The position numbers were made by a program, and so were the translations under genes. This document shows, piece by piece, positions 30,319 to 43,739 of a DNA stretch of 64,000 bases. Source of the DNA: the human T2T-CHM13v2.0 reference genome, Homo sapiens; assembly GCF_009914755.1 (NCBI RefSeq), contig NC_060947.1, one strand, 5' to 3'. The notes beneath the pieces were generated by a model, which was not told the origin of the DNA, ran no database searches, and saw nothing but the letters and a program-made list of their open reading frames with translations. Every line of letters begins with the position of its first letter. The stretch's first letter is position 1.

Positions 30319-33300
30319 CCATTAGATAGTGATGTTGCAAAAATAGATGGATATGTAAGTAATGGACACAACTGACTACCTTGATTTTTCTAGCAAGGGA
30401 CACAGGAGTACGGTTTGTAAAACCCATGGATGAATCTATGAACTAATGTATTGACATGAGACATTCTGGAGTGAAAAGGGTAATCCAAGCGTACAGATCA
30501 TTAAAATAGAGCTAAAATTCACCAAGAGTTGATGTATTGCGTTGAGGGAAAAAACGGCACATAGTTTTGTGGTTATCTGTTGGTTCACTGTTCCCTGGGC
30601 ATCACCACACTGTCTGCTAAAGGTTTTCAGCTTACTATGCTGCTCAGACAAATGGTAGGACTGCACTCTGGCCCTTCGTGAGCCGTGAGGAGACATGTCA
30701 CAGGCTACTTCAGAGCTACAGCATCTGTCACCAGCACTTTCTCAACATCCCACACAGAGGCTGCTCCCTCCGGGTGGTCTCAGAGTTAAGATGACACCAA
30801 ACAGAGTCCAGATAACTTAGGAGTAATACACAGTGTGAACAAGAAAGAAAGCTTTGTTGCTGAAGCCACTGAGATTTGGATATTTTTCCTGCAGCCTAGA
30901 TACATTCATCCTGAGCAACTTATATTACCATTCTGTTTCTGCAAAGGAATGAGTATTACATTTTGCAAAATATTTCATTTCCCATTTTTATCCCTCAGGG
31001 AGTTTATAGCTAAAGGATCCTGGGATATTTTGGACCATGGAATATCCGAGGCTTAATCAGACTTGGAAAAATAATTCAGATAGTTGGAGGAAAGGAAAAA
31101 TGAGAATGGCTTTGGGCCAGGTAAAAACAAAACAAAACTAATGTTGAGACTCACTGTATCTTCAGAAATATACACATCTACTAACTTTTACTGAGTGAAT
31201 CTTAGGGAGGTGAATGGCACTTCATTTGGTAACATCTTATGCCACACGGAAATTGAAGGATTGTACAACTTCAGATCCCTATGTTTCAACAACTATAGCA
31301 AGCCCTGCATTTTAATGTCACTTTAAATGTGTTTAAAATATTTAATCCTACTTAATTGTATGTTAAATTTTTTGACAATCCTTTTAAAATGAAAATAATA
31401 TCTAGTAGGAACAATAATATTCGTGTGCATCCTACTTATTAGTGCTTTGAATGCAAGTAAATGGTCTTTTGACCCTTTCTCATTTAAATTGTTCGCCTTT
31501 TATTCATCCCAGTCATGCTGAGTGAATTCTGGTGTTTAAAAAATTATATAGTGCTATTATTTTCCATGACAATGCTTTAAAGGGTAACTTGTGTGAGGAA
31601 GCATATTTAAAATTTTATTGTATTATTTCCATCACAACAAAGCAATGTTAAACCTTTTCCAGGGTTATAATGGCTCCTTTTGTGTAAAGTTCATTAAATT
31701 CAACAGTGATGACACTTAGAAGAGAGCTACCAGCCCCAAATGAGACAAGGACTTCTGTGTCAAAATGGGAGAAGGGAATGGAAAGGCAAGAGAAAGATTA
31801 GTAGGAGACACGTAGGCAAACCTTAGTCATCCCACGTCTGTTTATGATGCAGTTATCTTAAAGATAAAATAGAGGGTGAGAGAACCAACATGCTATCAGT
31901 CTCAGGGTGACAATTACCCTGTAATAGTCTATCTTCAACTATCTTAGATAATGCATAAGAAAGTGCTTGATGAATGATTCCATCCTAACCACTATTTAAG
32001 CTCCAGGGCAGAGAAAAGAACCAGAATTTCAGATCCTTACCCCTCACTGTCTTGTGTGTCTAAAATGTGCAGAGATCTAATATCAGCTCATCACTTACCA
32101 TGGCATAAAAATAAATATTTCTCTGCAAAAGTTCATCTCGGCACCTCTCTGCTCCACAGAAGTTTTCTAAAAATAAGAGAAATCCCTTTTGGAGATGCAG
32201 AGATTTATTCTAGAAAATGACAATGCTCTTGGATTATCTTTCAGTGAGATTTGGCAATGAGCAGTGTCCCTAACAGCTAGATGACTTGATGCCCTTTCTG
32301 GAATATAATGGCAATGACAAATCTATTTTTGCTTCAGCCCAGGCAGCTATGTTAATGTGCACTCTGTGAGTGCTGAAGACACTTAGTACTGCCCATCCAT
32401 TTTGAAACCTTTAATAAGAAGCCTGGAGTTAGATCTGTCCTCTTTCCTTCTGTTGTATATCAAGAGACTAACCTCTGTGGCTAAGCTTCCAATGTCGCCC
32501 TTTTACACTATAACCACAGAAGTGTGCATACAATGGAGGGAAAAGGATTAGACTTTGCAAATTCACATTGCCCTATGTCACCAATTTTGAGGATTAAGTT
32601 TCAACACAAAATAATTCAGTTCCATAACAAAAGTCACTCTAGTGTCTGAGAAGGGTAGATGGTGAAGACAGAGGTGGCTGAATTTTAAGGCATTATTGTG
32701 ATTAAATGCAATTATCTTACATAACACATTTTAATTATGCCAATAAGAGAGGATTACCCAATTACAAAATGTTTTCAGCAGGACCATATTAACACTCATG
32801 TGATGTATCTTTCCTCCTGTTTAACTGTAGTGTGTAAGGATAAATACAAATTGAAATAGTACTCTAGGCTATTTCCTGCTTGGTCAATTAATATTTTTCT
32901 GAACCATAAAATATGGATTTGCCAATTTAGGGAGTTAATAACATTGCCCTAGATTTTCTTTTATCTTGGCAGAAGAACAGAGTTCTTTTCAGCATGGAAC
33001 TCAGTTCTCTGATTACTTTGTGGTCCATTTTAGTTGCCAATACCTTAGATGTTACAAAAGCAAGACAGCTTCATCAAATATGCTAAAGCTATTTGCAAGA
33101 CAGCTAAAATATGACATGAACCGCTACAGGAGACTCTTTGCATTTTGCATTTTTATATTAAATTTGATAATAGTGTAGATCATTTATTTATAATTTGCAT
33201 GGAATTGCATTGTGCTCATGCTGAAAGGAAAATGCTTTCAATCTGCCCATTGAAGCCTCAGTAATTTGGAATGAAAACTTAGAATAAAATAATCTAAGGC

Positions 33301-33711
33301 ATGTTTTTTGAGAGAGACTCACATGAAAATTTAAATTTTAAAACCTAAACTCATCTATGTGCTTTCAAATAGAGTACAAGATAGAAAGTGCATTGTAATT
33401 GCTGGGCATATTTTTAAGAAAAATATTTTATTGTGGAAAATTTCAAACAAACACAAAAGTAGAAAGAATGTAATATTGAATCCCCACAACTTTATTCCCA
33501 AGCGTCAATAATTGTCACCATTTTATCTATCTTCAAACACAATCATGGTCATGATATTTTAAAATTTTGGATTGTCATCCATGAACAGAAAATAAGGATT
33601 TTAATGTTTCATGATATACTGCATAAATTGCTATGACAATGTGTTTCTTCAAAGTATATATATTTTCATAAAGGTAAATAGTAAAGGAGTTAAATTTAAT
33701 AAAGACATAAA

Positions 33712-34257
33712 CTATATTGGTATCTTCTGTGTGTCAAACCATCTCAAAACTTAGTGGTCTAATGCTATACCCACATATTTAACTGCTGGTCTTGTGGGTT
33801 GACATTTTGGTTCAGCTGAGTGGTTTTTCTTAGATGACTTTGGCTGGGCCTGCTTCAATATCTGACATTGGTTGATGAACAACTGGGCTACCTGGTTTAT
33901 GACGGCCTCATCTGGAAAGGCAGGAACGCCTGGGGCCTCTCTGCATGTGGTTCTCTCATTCTCCAGCAGGCTAGCCCAGCCAGTCCTCAAGGCTATAATT
34001 CTAGTGGTTACAAGATCAGCAAGAGAGGACCAGCCCAGTGTGCAGATACCTTGCAAATCTATGCTTGTGTCTGCTTGCTCTAGAGCCCAAACAAGTCACC
34101 TGGCTAAGCCCAGCTGCAAGGGTAGATATAAAGAGAACTCTTAAAGGGAGTAGCTGCAAAGGCACATTACAAAACAAAACAAAACAAAAGAAAAAACAAA
34201 AAAGAACATGCATACAAAGGAGGGAAGATTCTGTGGCCAGTTTTACAATCTACTTCA
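33712..34257 (-). mobile_element. MLT1 (G/H-like) MaLR LTR
   Basis: caaaacttagtgg..ctccagcaggctagccc..aagtcacctggctaagccc..gggagtagctgcaaa. Confidence 0.55.
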
Positions 34258-34669
34258 TAAAGTTAAAGTCTTATCAAAAGGAGATGAAGTTGACATAGCA
34301 AATTAGGACTTCCGAAAACTCTCTTCTCTGTGAAATCAATAATAAAGCTAGAGAAAGTTGTCAGAAATAACTTTTACAGAACTCTGGAAATTAGCGAAAG
34401 ACTTATTACATCCCCTGGGAACAACGGTGGGATCTCAGTAAGAAGAGTGTGCTCGTTGGCATTTGAGCTTACCTTGAGCTTACCCTAGTGCAAGCCTGTA
34501 TTCTCCAACTGAATGGTGGCTGGAAAAACAGCAGCCCGTGGGTTCTCTAGCAGGGAGCAGAGGGAGCGGAGTGTGGCTGGAGCTCCAGGAAATCTTCATT
34601 CCTAATGCTGGTGTATTTATCTGTGTTTGACCTGATATGGAGTTGCCTAGTACAAAGAAATATTTTCTC

Positions 34670-35020
34670 TGAGGGAGTGAAGCCCTGATACGTATAATAC
34701 ATGGATAAATGTGGAAAATAATGCTCAGTAAAAGAGCCTGATACAAGGAAACACAACATCTAGGACCCATTTATATGAAATGTCCAGAACAGGCAAACCC
34801 ATAGAAACAGAAAGGAGAGATAGCCTTTGCCAGAAGCTGGAGGGAGGAGGGATAAGGAGCAACCTCTCATGGGTAGAGGGTTTCTTTTTCCAGGGATGAT
34901 AATATTCTGAAATTAGGTGTTGGTGCTGGTTGCACAATTTTATGATAGAAAAACCACTGAATTGTCCAGGTTAAGATGCTAAGTATTATGGGATGTGAAT
35001 TGTATCTGATTTTTTAAAAA
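34670..35020 (+). mobile_element. L1MB-like 3' end
   Basis: ccatttatatgaaatgtccagaacaggcaaacccatagaaacagaaag..ggttgcacaa..tgtgaattgtatct. Confidence 0.75.
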
Positions 35021-35056
35021 ATGAAATCCACCATTTCAATTAAAAAAGATACAGTA

Positions 35057-35505
35057 GGCTGGGCATGGTGGCTCATACCTGTAATCCCAAAACTTTGGGG
35101 GGCTGAGGCAGGCAGATGGCTTGAGCCCAGGAGTTCGAGACCAGCCTGGGCAACATGGTGAAACCCCATATCTACTAAAAGTACAAAAATGTGGCAGGCA
35201 CCTCTAATCCCAGCTGCTTGGGAGATGGAGGTTGCAGTGAGCTGAGATTGCACCACTGCACTCCAGCCTGGGTGACAGAGCAAGACTACATCTCAAAAAA
35301 AGAAAAAAAAAAAAAAAGAAAGAAAAATTAGCCTGGTGTGCTTATGTGTACCTGTAGTTCCAGCTATTCAGGAGGCTGAGGCAGGAGGATCACTTGAGTC
35401 CAGGAGGTTGAGGTTGCAGTGAGCTGAGATTGTGCCACTGCACTCCAGCCTGGGCAACAAATTAAGACCCTGTCTCTAAAAAAATTAATTAATTAATTTT
35501 AAAAA
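35057..35505 (+). mobile_element. Alu with internal deletions followed by an extra right monomer
   Basis: Left arm, deleted right arm, A-tail, then a second right arm from about 35325. Confidence 0.88.
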
Positions 35506-36073
35506 GTAAATTTCTTTTGCCATCAGTTATTCAAAATGGACTCTCTAGAGTGTCATCATTGCAAAATTGTCCAACTTCTATGCCATCTTTAGGATGGATT
35601 CCTGGAGTGTTGATGGCACTTTCTTTAGTTCGCCTTGTTGGACAAATTCCCATGTCTGTATTCCAGCTACTCTTCCTGCTTTGAATGCTCCCTTCTCTAT
35701 GCACCTTAGTTACAGTCCCAAAATTATGAACCACAGTTTATCTTAGAGGTCTCAGCTCCATCGTCTCCTCTGTATAAAACTCACTTCCACCTTGGAACCC
35801 ATTAGTGCTGCTGTTATATCTTTTGTAACAGATGATTTCAACTAGGTGTGTTTTAAACTGCCAACTCATTCAGAAAGGGACCAATTTCTATTCATGTTTG
35901 TATCCAAAGTGCACAGCATGGTGCCAGACACCTTAGCAGGAATCTTTCATCTTCTCTGGGCACAGTGAAGGTTATGTCCCCCTCAATCTCTGTAACATTT
36001 AGTCCAGACCAGCACCCACTGTCATTTTTCCTCCTCTGCCCAAGGTTGTAAAGGCAACTTAAAAACGGAGTTG

Positions 36074-36735
36074 TCCCAAAGGAGTTGAAGACTTATTTCC
36101 ATGCAAAAACCTGGCCACGGATTTTTATAGCAACCTTATTCACAATTGTGAATTGGAAGCAATGAAGATGTCCTTCAGTAAATGAGTGGATGAGTAGATG
36201 CGTGGTACATCCAGACAACTATTATTCAGCACCTAAAAGAAATGAATTGTCAGGCTACAAGAAGGCATGGAGGAAACTTAAATGCATATCACTAAGTGAA
36301 AGAAGCCAGTCTCAAAAGGCTCATACTGTATGATTTCAACTATGGGACATTCTGGAAAAGGGAAAACTATGAGAACAGTAAAAAACAAATCAGTGGTTGC
36401 CAGGGGGAAGAAGGAGGGGTGAATAGGTGGAGCACAGAAGATTTTTAGGGTAGAACACAGTGAACCTACCCTGTGTAACATTATATAATGGTGGATCCAT
36501 GTCATTATACATTTGTCCAAACCCATAGAATGTACAACACCCAGAGTGAACCCTAATGTAGATGGTGGTGATGATGATGTGTTGATGTAGGTTCATCAGT
36601 TGTAACAAATGCACTGCTCTGGTGAATGAAGTTGATGATGGGGGAGGCTGTGCATGAGTTGGGGAAGGGATATAGAGGAAATGTCTATACCTTTCACACA
36701 GTTTTGCTATGAATGTACAATTGCTCTAAAAGTAG
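36074..36735 (+). mobile_element. L1MC-like 3' fragment
   Basis: catggaggaaacttaaatgcatatcactaagtgaaagaagccag..tatacatttgtccaaacccatagaatgtacaacac. Confidence 0.8.
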
Positions 36736-37104
36736 TATTAACTCTTACATACATAAAAAATAAGGTTTTAACTCATAATAAGCATACACACCGAGTGGTG
36801 ACACTTGAACTGTAAGCTGGCCACCTAGGTGGACTCATTCAGCTTTTCCTCGGTTCTAAGATATAGAGTGTACTCTTCTATCCAGAATGTGCATTTTGTA
36901 TCTGACTTGAACCTGAACCCCAACAGAATGCCACCCCAAGTCCAATGAGCCTATTTCACTTTGCCCATGTGAACAATACTCCACTATGGGGCCCACCGTT
37001 TAATGCAATATGAACAGTGCTCCCTGGACTTGTGTACTATAGCCATCTGCTCCTCCAAATCCTTCCTTTGCTCGGAATCTCTGGCCAACTCTATTCTATC
37101 CAGC

Positions 37105-39412
37105 TCATAGCTGTGTCCCCACCCAAATCTCATCTTGAATTGTAACTCCCACAATTCCCACGTGTCCTGGGAGAAACCTGGTGGGAGGTAATTGAATCAC
37201 GGGGACAGGTATTTCCCATGCTGTTCTCATGATAGTGAATAAGTCTCATGAGATCTGATGGTTTTAAAAATGGGAGTTTCCCTGTACAAGCTCTCTCTCT
37301 CTTTGCTTGCCACCATCCATGTAAGATGTAACTTGCTCCTTCTTGCCTTTCATCTTCCAACATGATTGTGAGGCCTTTCCAGCCACATGGAACTGTAAGT
37401 CCAATAAACGTCTTCCTTTTGTAAATTGCCCAGTCTCGGGTATGTCTTTATCAGCAGCATGAAAACAAACTAATACAATAAATTGGTACCAGTAGAGTGG
37501 GGTGCTGCTAAAAAGAAATCCAAAAATGTGGAAGCAACTTTGGAACTGGGTAACAGGCAGAGGTTGCAACAGTTTAGAGGGGTTGGAAGAAGACAGGAAA
37601 ATATGGGAGAGTGTGGAACTCCCTAGAGACTTGTTGAATGACTTTGACCAAAATGCTGATAATGACATAGACAATGAAATCCAGGCTGAGATGGTCTCAG
37701 ATGGAGAAGAGGAACTCGTTGGGAACTGGAGCAAAGGTGACTCTTGTGATGTTTTAGCAAAGAGACTGGTGGCATTTTTCCCCTGCCCTGGAGATTTGTG
37801 GAACTTTGAATTTGAGAGAGATGATTTAGGATATCTGGCAGAAGAAATTTCTAAGCAGCAAAGCATTCAAGATGTGACTTGGGTGCTGTTAAAGGCATTC
37901 CATTTTATAAGGGAAGCAGAGTGTAAATGTTCAGAAAATTTGCAGCCTGACAATGTGATAGAAAAGAAAATCCCATTTTCTGAGGAGAAATTCAAGCCAG
38001 CTGCAGAAATTTGCATAAGTAATGAGGATCCGATTGTTAATCCCCAAGACAATGGGAAAAATATCTCCAGGGCATGTCAGAGGTCTTCACGGCAACCCCT
38101 CCCATCCCAGGCCTGAAGGCCTAGGAGGAAATAGTGGTTTCATGGGCCAAGCCCAGGGTTCCCATGTGGTATGCAGCCTAGGGACTTGGTGCCCTGTGTC
38201 CCAGCTGCTCCAGCCATGGCTGAAAAGGCCTAACATAGAGCTCTGGCCATGGCTTCAGAGGGTGGAAGCCCCAAGCCTTGGTAGCTTCCACATGGTATTG
38301 AGCCTGCGAGTGCACAGAAGTCAAGAATTGAGGTTTGGGAACATCTGCCTAAATATCAGAAGATGTATGGAAACTCATGGATGCCCAGGCAGAAGTTTGC
38401 TGTAGAAGTGGTGCCCTCATGGAGAACCTCTTCTAGGGCAGTGTGGAAGGCAAACATGGGGTCAGAGCCCCCACACAGAGTTCCTACTGAAACACTGCCT
38501 GGCGGAGCTATGAAAAGAGGGCCACTGTCCTCCAGACCCCAGAATGGTAGATCCACTGACAGCTTGCACCATGCACCTGGAAAAGCCGCAGACAATGCCA
38601 GCCTGTGAAAGCAGCTGGGAGAGAGGCTGTACCCTGCAAAGCCGCAGGTGCAGAGCTTCCTAAGACTATGGGAACCTACCACTTGCATCAGCATGACCTG
38701 GATGTGAAACACAGAGTCAAAGGAGATCATTTTGGAGCTTTAGGATTTGACTGCCCCACTGGATTTTGGACTTGCATGGAGCCTATAGCCCCTTTGTTTT
38801 GGTCAATTTCTCCCATTTGGAATGGCTGTATTTACCCAATACCTATACCCCATTGTATCTAGAAAGTAACTAACTTGCTTTTGATTTTACAGGCTCATAG
38901 GTGGAAGGGACTTGCCTTGTCTCAGTGAGACTTTGGACTGTGGACTTTTGAGGTAATGCTGAAATGAGTAGAGACTTTGGGGGACTGTTGGGAGGTCATG
39001 ATTGGATTCGAAATGTAAGGACATGAGATTTGGAGGGGCCAGAGGTGGAATTATATGGGTTGGCTGTGTCCCCACCCAAATCTCATCTTGCATTGTAACT
39101 CCCACAATTCCCATGTGTCATGGGAGGAAACTGGTGGGAGATAATTGAATCATGGAGGTGGGTTTTTCCCATGCTGTTTTCGTGATAGTGGATAAGTCTC
39201 ATGAGATCTGATGTTTTTAAAAACGGGAGTTTCTCTGTGCAAACTCTCTCTTTTTGCCTGCCACCATCCATGTAAGATGTGACTTGCTCCTCCTTGCCTT
39301 CTGCCATGATTGTGAGGCCTCCCCAGCCATGTGGAACTATAAGTCCATTAAACCTCTTTCTTTCCAGTCTCAGGGTATGTCTTTATCAGCAGCATGAAAA
39401 CAGACTAATACA
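37105..39412 (+). mobile_element. Full-length THE1B MaLR element (5'LTR 37105-37477, internal 37478-39050, 3'LTR 39051-39412)
   Basis: Two direct LTRs ending ACTAATACA; 5-bp TSD CCAGC at 37100-37104 and 39413-39417; internal ORF remnant 37502-38116 (RGCNSLEGLEEDRKIWESVELPRDLLN..). Confidence 0.95.
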
Positions 39413-41403
39413 CCAGCTTATCCCAGCTCTAACTGACAGCCTCAAGTGCACAGATTTCTGGCCACTCTTTTTTGGGGGCTCTTTCTCAACCTGGCTCTGA
39501 ATAATTAACCTTATTCTCAAACTTTCAATCCAAACTTTACTTGTCTCCTCCAGTATGGCTTTATAGTTTAAACTTGGCTGAGAATTTGCCCCACTATTCA
39601 TAGTTAAACTTGTCCCTTTGAATGGAAATTAATCCCCTGTATTCATTCTCATTCTCACTAGCTCCTGTAACTCTCTTGTCCCCATTTCTACATGGGCATT
39701 TATCTGAAACTCTTTATGTCTCTTACCTAAGATGCAATGACTTTTGCAAAGCAATCTAGATAAAATTATTTAAAAATTGAGTAGCTAACATAACCTTTCA
39801 AAGAAGCATGTATTTTTGGACTCTCTCTTATCTGAGGTGCAAATCACTCTAGACACCATTACTGAGCTCAGCTGCCATTCAGTGGAGTCTGAATTGCCTG
39901 CATAAAAATGACTACCTTACAAGAAATTATTCCATAAGAATCATCATGGTCTAAATGTATATATCCAATACATTTGTGTAATTTTTCATTGACCTAAAAA
40001 TCTCACTTTATAAGTGACTGTTTTGATGTCATCAACATTTGTATCCACTTCTTTTTTATAGGACGATGTCTTATCTTTCTTTAGGCTACCCTGAAATAAA
40101 CAAAATAGCTGATGGAATTTCCTGTGTTCGCAGATTCCAGGCTTTCCACAGGTTCTAGACCTCAAGTGATACATTGGTATATTTGGAAAGATAGATTTTT
40201 AACAATAAAAAAATGAAAATGCAGACATAGCTAGTTCTAGGAATAAATATACTGGAGCCACAAGGCAAAATCTGATTTTTTTTTTTTTTTTTTTGCAGAT
40301 AGTACAGGCTTAAAATAACTTTAACCCATCTATGAGGATAATCACAGGAATAGGGCCTTGGCCTAATTAAAATTACATATTCCAAAAGATATATAACATA
40401 GCTTTCAGTTATCCAAGACATCAGATACTTGGTGGTTTGTCAATGATAAATAAACTTTAGCTTTATAAGTAAAGCCTTAAAAAGGACAAAATAATTTGTG
40501 TGTGTTTGCTCTTATGCGTCATTCAAATTGATTGGTTAATTATTCCCTTATTGTCTGAGCTGTTTGGCATTTTGCAAACAGTTTTCACAAGGCTTGATGT
40601 TCTGAAGAAGGTGTAAATTTTCCAAGGTGAATTAGAATGAATGTGAGCTAACTTATTGATGCTGGCATCATGAATTAAATAACTGGTTGTTATTGACTTA
40701 CTGAACCACCAGACATGTGACAGAGGAACTCAACTCTATATAGATTCTTAAATGAAAGAACTTGATCATTTTGGTGACTCAAAATGCAGTCAAATTTCTT
40801 AGTCATATGTCATGTGATTAATTTATGTAAGCATTTACACACATTAGTATTTAGTTTTAAAAGTATTTCTGAATATATGGAGTTCGATGGATGTGTTTCA
40901 GAACTAACCTTTACTTGCATGGGTTTATTTTCATTCTGTTGTCGTTTCTTGATTTGGAGGCAGTTATTGGTGGTCTTTGGTCTTAACCTCTTTGATGCTA
41001 GTGCTTTCTTCTGTTGAATACTGTGGACAGGAGGACCACGGGCATAGACCTTCAAAGGAGTATATCAACTCTGGCTGAGGTCCCGCAGGCTTTGGCTTGA
41101 ACATGTCCATGTGTCAGTCAGCTATTTCCACAATAATGCTACATAATAAGGTAGCCTCTAACTCAATGCATAAAAATACATATTTCTTCTCATACTCATT
41201 TTTTTCTGGGAGTCATCTATTGTGGCTTTACTCCATGTGTTACATTCAGGGCCAAGCTTGGAGGCAGAGGACAGAGCACCCAGAGGGCAAGAAGAAACAC
41301 AAGCTCCTTTTCAGATTTAAGCCTGTAAGTGTCATTTCTGTCTACATTTATTTGGTCAGACCATGTGTCAGTGAAGTATACTCTCATGGAGCTTGAGGGA
41401 GAC

Positions 41404-42345
41404 TGTACTACTTAGATTTTTATTGCTGTGTAATGAATTGCCACAAACTTAGCAGTCTAAAACAATACCCATTTATTATCTCAGTTCCGTAAGCCAGAAA
41501 TGCAGAGGAGCTTAACTGGGATCTCTGCTCCAGTTCTTACCAGAATGAAATTTATGTATCATCTAGGACTTCTGGTCTCACCTGGAGCTGAAGGTTCTCT
41601 GCCAAGATCAATGATTATTGGCAGAATTATTTTACTTCTCACACTGTCCACATGGGTTCCTCCATCTTAATTTTTTTATTTTTTTTGGGACAGGATCTCA
41701 CTCTGTCACCCAGGCTGGAGTCCAGTGGTGTGACCACGGCTCACTGCAGCCTTGTCCTCCCCAGGCTCAGGTGATCCTCCCACCTCAGCCTCCCGAGTAG
41801 CTGGGACTACAGGTGTTCACCACCACACCAGGCTGATTTTTTTTTCTTTTGCATTTTTTGTAGAAATGGGGTTTCTCCATGTTGCCCAGGCTGGTCTCAA
41901 ACTCTTGGGCTCAAGCAATCCTCAGCCTCCCAAAGTGCTGGGATTACAAGCATTAGCCACCACACCCAACCAGGTTATTCCATCTTTAAAACAGCAATGG
42001 AAGGTCAAGTCCTTCTCACACTTCAAATCTCTCTGATAGTATCCTCTGTCTTTTTCTTACTTCTAAGAGCTCATGTTATTACACTGAATCCACCAGGTAA
42101 TCCAGGATAATCTCCAATTGAGTAGGAAGCTTATTAAGTGAGCTTGAGTAATCTTATTCAGTCAGAAGATAAGTTCAACTAATTCAGCTTAAGTTATTCA
42201 ACTTAAGTTATTATAACTTGGAAGATACATTCAACTGATTAGTAACCTTAATTACATCTGCAAAATCCCTTTTGCTATGTAACCTACTTAAACCACAGGA
42301 GCAGCACCAGGAAGTGAAAGTCATGATGGTGAAAATTCTGCCTAC
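41404..42345 (-). mobile_element. MLT1D-like LTR interrupted by an Alu
   Basis: ccacaaacttagcagtctaaaacaa..ggtaatccaggataatctcc..ccttaattacatctgcaaaatccc. Confidence 0.7.
41669..41971 (-). mobile_element. AluJ
   Basis: Dimer; TSD GGTTCCTCCATCTT / GGTTATTCCATCTT. Confidence 0.9.
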
Positions 42346-42531
42346 CCCAGAAACAGAGGCAAATATTTGCTGAACAATGTACTACCTCACCCTAGCCCTA
42401 TTCTGACCTAAAACATCACCATGACCTCCCCAGTGTTCTTGCTCCATGTGACCAATTCTCTTCTGCTCTTTCAGGGAAGTCCTAATTGGGAAATGAGATG
42501 ATTTCAACTTTTTAAAACATCTAATTGGTTA

Positions 42532-42756
42532 CCAGCATGGGCAACAGAGTAAGACTCTGTCCCTACGAAAATATTCAAAAGTTAGCCAGGTTGGTGGCAC
42601 GTGTCCATGGTCCTAGCTACTCAGGAGCCTGAGGTGGGAGGATCACTTGAGCATAGGAGTTTGAGGCTTCAGTGACCTATAATCACACCACTGCACTGAG
42701 TGTTAGGCAACAGAGCAAAACTCTGTTTCTAAAAAATAAAATAAGATATACAAAAT
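42532..42756 (+). mobile_element. 5'-truncated AluJ
   Basis: End of left arm plus right arm; TSD AAAACATCTAATTGGTTA / AAAATATCTCATTGGCTA. Confidence 0.85.
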
Positions 42757-42881
42757 AAAATATCTCATTGGCTAAAATGTAGTCACACGACCAAGCCACA
42801 GAGGAGGCTGGGAAATGTAGTCTTTAGCAGACTAGCTGCATGCGCAAATAAAAAAGTTCTATAATTGTGAAAGAAATGCAG

Positions 42882-42942
42882 AATAGATGTTGGCTTAACA
42901 CTGCAGGTAGTAAAGGCTGCCAGTGTTAAGCCAATATCTATT
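42882..42942. repeat. 22-bp inverted repeat with 17-nt spacer
   Basis: AATAGATGTTGGCTTAACACTG ... CAGTGTTAAGCCAATATCTATT; 21 of 22 pairs are Watson-Crick and the other is G:T. Confidence 0.95.
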
Positions 42943-43445
42943 GTAATGGCTTATTTACATTCTAGTATGTCATCAGTCTTGCTTACATTACATCATTTTA
43001 TTCTTATACTATATCCATGAGGGAGTGACAGTTTTCTCAATTAACAACTGAGAAAAACCTATGATACTTGAGGGTATTAGTGTTTAGTGGGTGGGTAATG
43101 TAGGGAAGAAATTCTAGGCAGAAGGTGGTAGGGGAGATGAGGAAGACAGGGTGAAATATTATTCTACAGTTTAGCAATTGCAGTTTCTTTAATGTTCTTG
43201 TGTCTATGTGTGTGTGTCTGAATTTGTGTGTGTTTATGTGTCTGTGTATGTGAGTATGCCTTTGTATGTGTTAATTATGAGGGCTGAAAATGAGAGCTGT
43301 GGTTCAAGAGACTAGCATTGTAAGGTTTTAAGAAGGGGGCTAAAATATTTCTCAGAAATTAAACATTGGAGCTGTTTCTTTGTTGCACCTCTGGTGTCTA
43401 CAGAACCCATATGGATCAGCTGGGTGAAAGGTGACATACATAAAA

Positions 43446-43739
43446 GGCATGGTGGCTCACCCCTGTAATCCCAGCACTTTTGGAGGCCAAGGTGGAAGGA
43501 TCGCTTGAGCCCAGGAGTTTGAGACCAGCAACACAGCAAGACCTTGTCTCTGCAAAAAATAAAACAAATTATATAGCTGGTCTTGGTGGTGCATACCTGT
43601 AATTCCAACTACTTGGGAGGCTGAGGAAGAAGGATCAGTTGAGCCTAGGAGTTTCAGGCTGCAGTAAGCCATGATGGTGCCACTGCACTCCAGCTTGGGC
43701 AACAGAGTGAGACCCTGTCTCAAAAAAAAAAAAAAAAAA
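43446..43739 (+). mobile_element. AluJ
   Basis: Dimer with A-tail. Confidence 0.9.

Noticed and set aside
39315-39330. PRDM9 hotspot motif in THE1B LTRs
   Set aside because: The copies read CCTCCCCAGCCAT, CCTTTCCAGCCAC and CCTCCTCAACCAC; none is the hotspot-associated CCTCCCTAGCCAC.
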